In this document: positions 63,620 through 64,000 of the stretch, piece by piece
Layout of the letters: every line of letters begins with the position of its first letter
Position numbering within the stretch: position 1 is the stretch's first letter
Source: Bacteroidota bacterium
GTDB taxonomy: Bacteria > Bacteroidota > Bacteroidia > Bacteroidales > CG2-30-32-10
Assembly (NCBI GenBank): GCA_013377115.1
Contig: JACAAW010000003.1
Coordinates: 7,325-71,324, forward strand
Direction: 5' to 3'
Length of the DNA stretch: 64,000 nucleotides
Made by a program: the position numbers and the translations under genes
The notes under the pieces: generated by a model
Seen by the model: only the letters and a program-made list of their open reading frames with translations
What the model was told of the DNA's origin: nothing
The model's database searches: none

Positions 63620-64000
63620 ATGGAACAACAAATTCATACCCCCCTTACGCTTAAACGATGGATATGGTTAACAATAGCAGGATGGTTTATCGGAGTTTTA
63701 TTAGTAATAGGAATTGGTATTTTAGGAGGTATTATTTTTAAAGGAAATAAAGATTTAGGCGGACAAGCCATAATTGGCATTGGAATGGGAATTGGTGTAG
63801 GATTAATGCAATGGATTTTGTTGCGTAAATATTTACCCGGCGCATTAAACTGGCTTTGGTTTTCAATCATAGGATTTACATTTGCTTATGTGGTATTTGA
63901 TGTGGCTGGATCTTTAATTAATGTGAAATTTGATGTAGGAATGGTTTTGCCTCTTGTAACGATGATCGGCGCATTAATAAGTGGTTGGCTTCAATATGCA
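63620..64000 (+). CDS. Integral membrane protein, function unknown; 3' end runs off the window
   Basis: My own translation from the ATG at 63620 gives 127 codons with no stop. The product has several hydrophobic helices: MEQQIHTPLTLKRWIWLTIAGWFIGVLLVIGIGILGG...GMGIGVGLMQWILL...WFSIIGFTFAYVVF.... It is absent from the track only because it lacks a stop in the window. Confidence 0.5.
   Translation, partial: MEQQIHTPLTLKRWIWLTIAGWFIGVLLVIGIGILGGIIFKGNKDLGGQAIIGIGMGIGVGLMQWILLRKYLPGALNWLWFSIIGFTFAYVVFDVAGSLINVKFDVGMVLPLVTMIGALISGWLQYA

Noticed and set aside
63634-63870. 78-aa minus-strand ORF ('...PTPIPIPMPIMACPP...')
   Set aside because: It is antisense to a better plus-strand membrane-protein ORF (63620 to the window end). 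That ORF has clear TM helices and lies 183 nt after a terminator.
1-64000. Looked for mobile elements, integrases/transposases, toxin-antitoxin pairs, restriction-modification or other known defence genes, CRISPR arrays, and tRNA/rRNA genes
   Set aside because: No ORF shows recombinase, transposase, nuclease-ATPase defence or methyltransferase-restriction signatures. The intergenic regions contain no cloverleaf-like or array-like sequence, apart from the SRP RNA reported above.

Overview
64-kb chromosomal segment from a low-GC Bacteroidota genome. By eye it looks like a Flavobacteriia/Cytophagia-type gliding bacterium, but the taxon is a guess. Supporting signals: type A and type B T9SS C-terminal sorting domains, two PorP/SprF genes, exact TAnnTTTG -7 promoter boxes 12-50 nt upstream of many starts, and no Shine-Dalgarno-like leaders.

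Housekeeping genes:
- Repair and RNA modification: uvrB, mutL, a 3-methyladenine glycosylase, rlmI-like, tsaC.
- Metabolism: fsa, and xanthine dehydrogenase xdhC-xdhA-xdhB. A guaD-type guanine deaminase lies about 17 kb away.
- An SRP RNA (ffs) that the ORF track cannot show.

Envelope and surface genes, which occupy about half the window:
- A gingipain-family C25 protease that is T9SS cargo.
- A 1.6-kaa secreted protein built from 23 tandem 57-aa helical units.
- A cupin/PCMD/TonB-dependent-transporter/PCMD cluster.
- Two giant adhesin genes (about 2170 and 3698 aa). Each ends in a type B T9SS domain and is followed by its own PorP/SprF gene.

I found no transposase, integrase, CRISPR array, tRNA/rRNA or recognisable defence system.

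Best candidates for something under-described:
1. An SPFH(YdjI-like)+GYF / double-zinc-ribbon / MORN three-gene operon.
2. The PCMD-flanked, SusD-less TonB transporter cluster.
3. The 23-unit helical repeat protein.
4. The nested higher-order repeat architecture of the surface proteins.

All domain calls are motif recognition by eye. No database search was possible.
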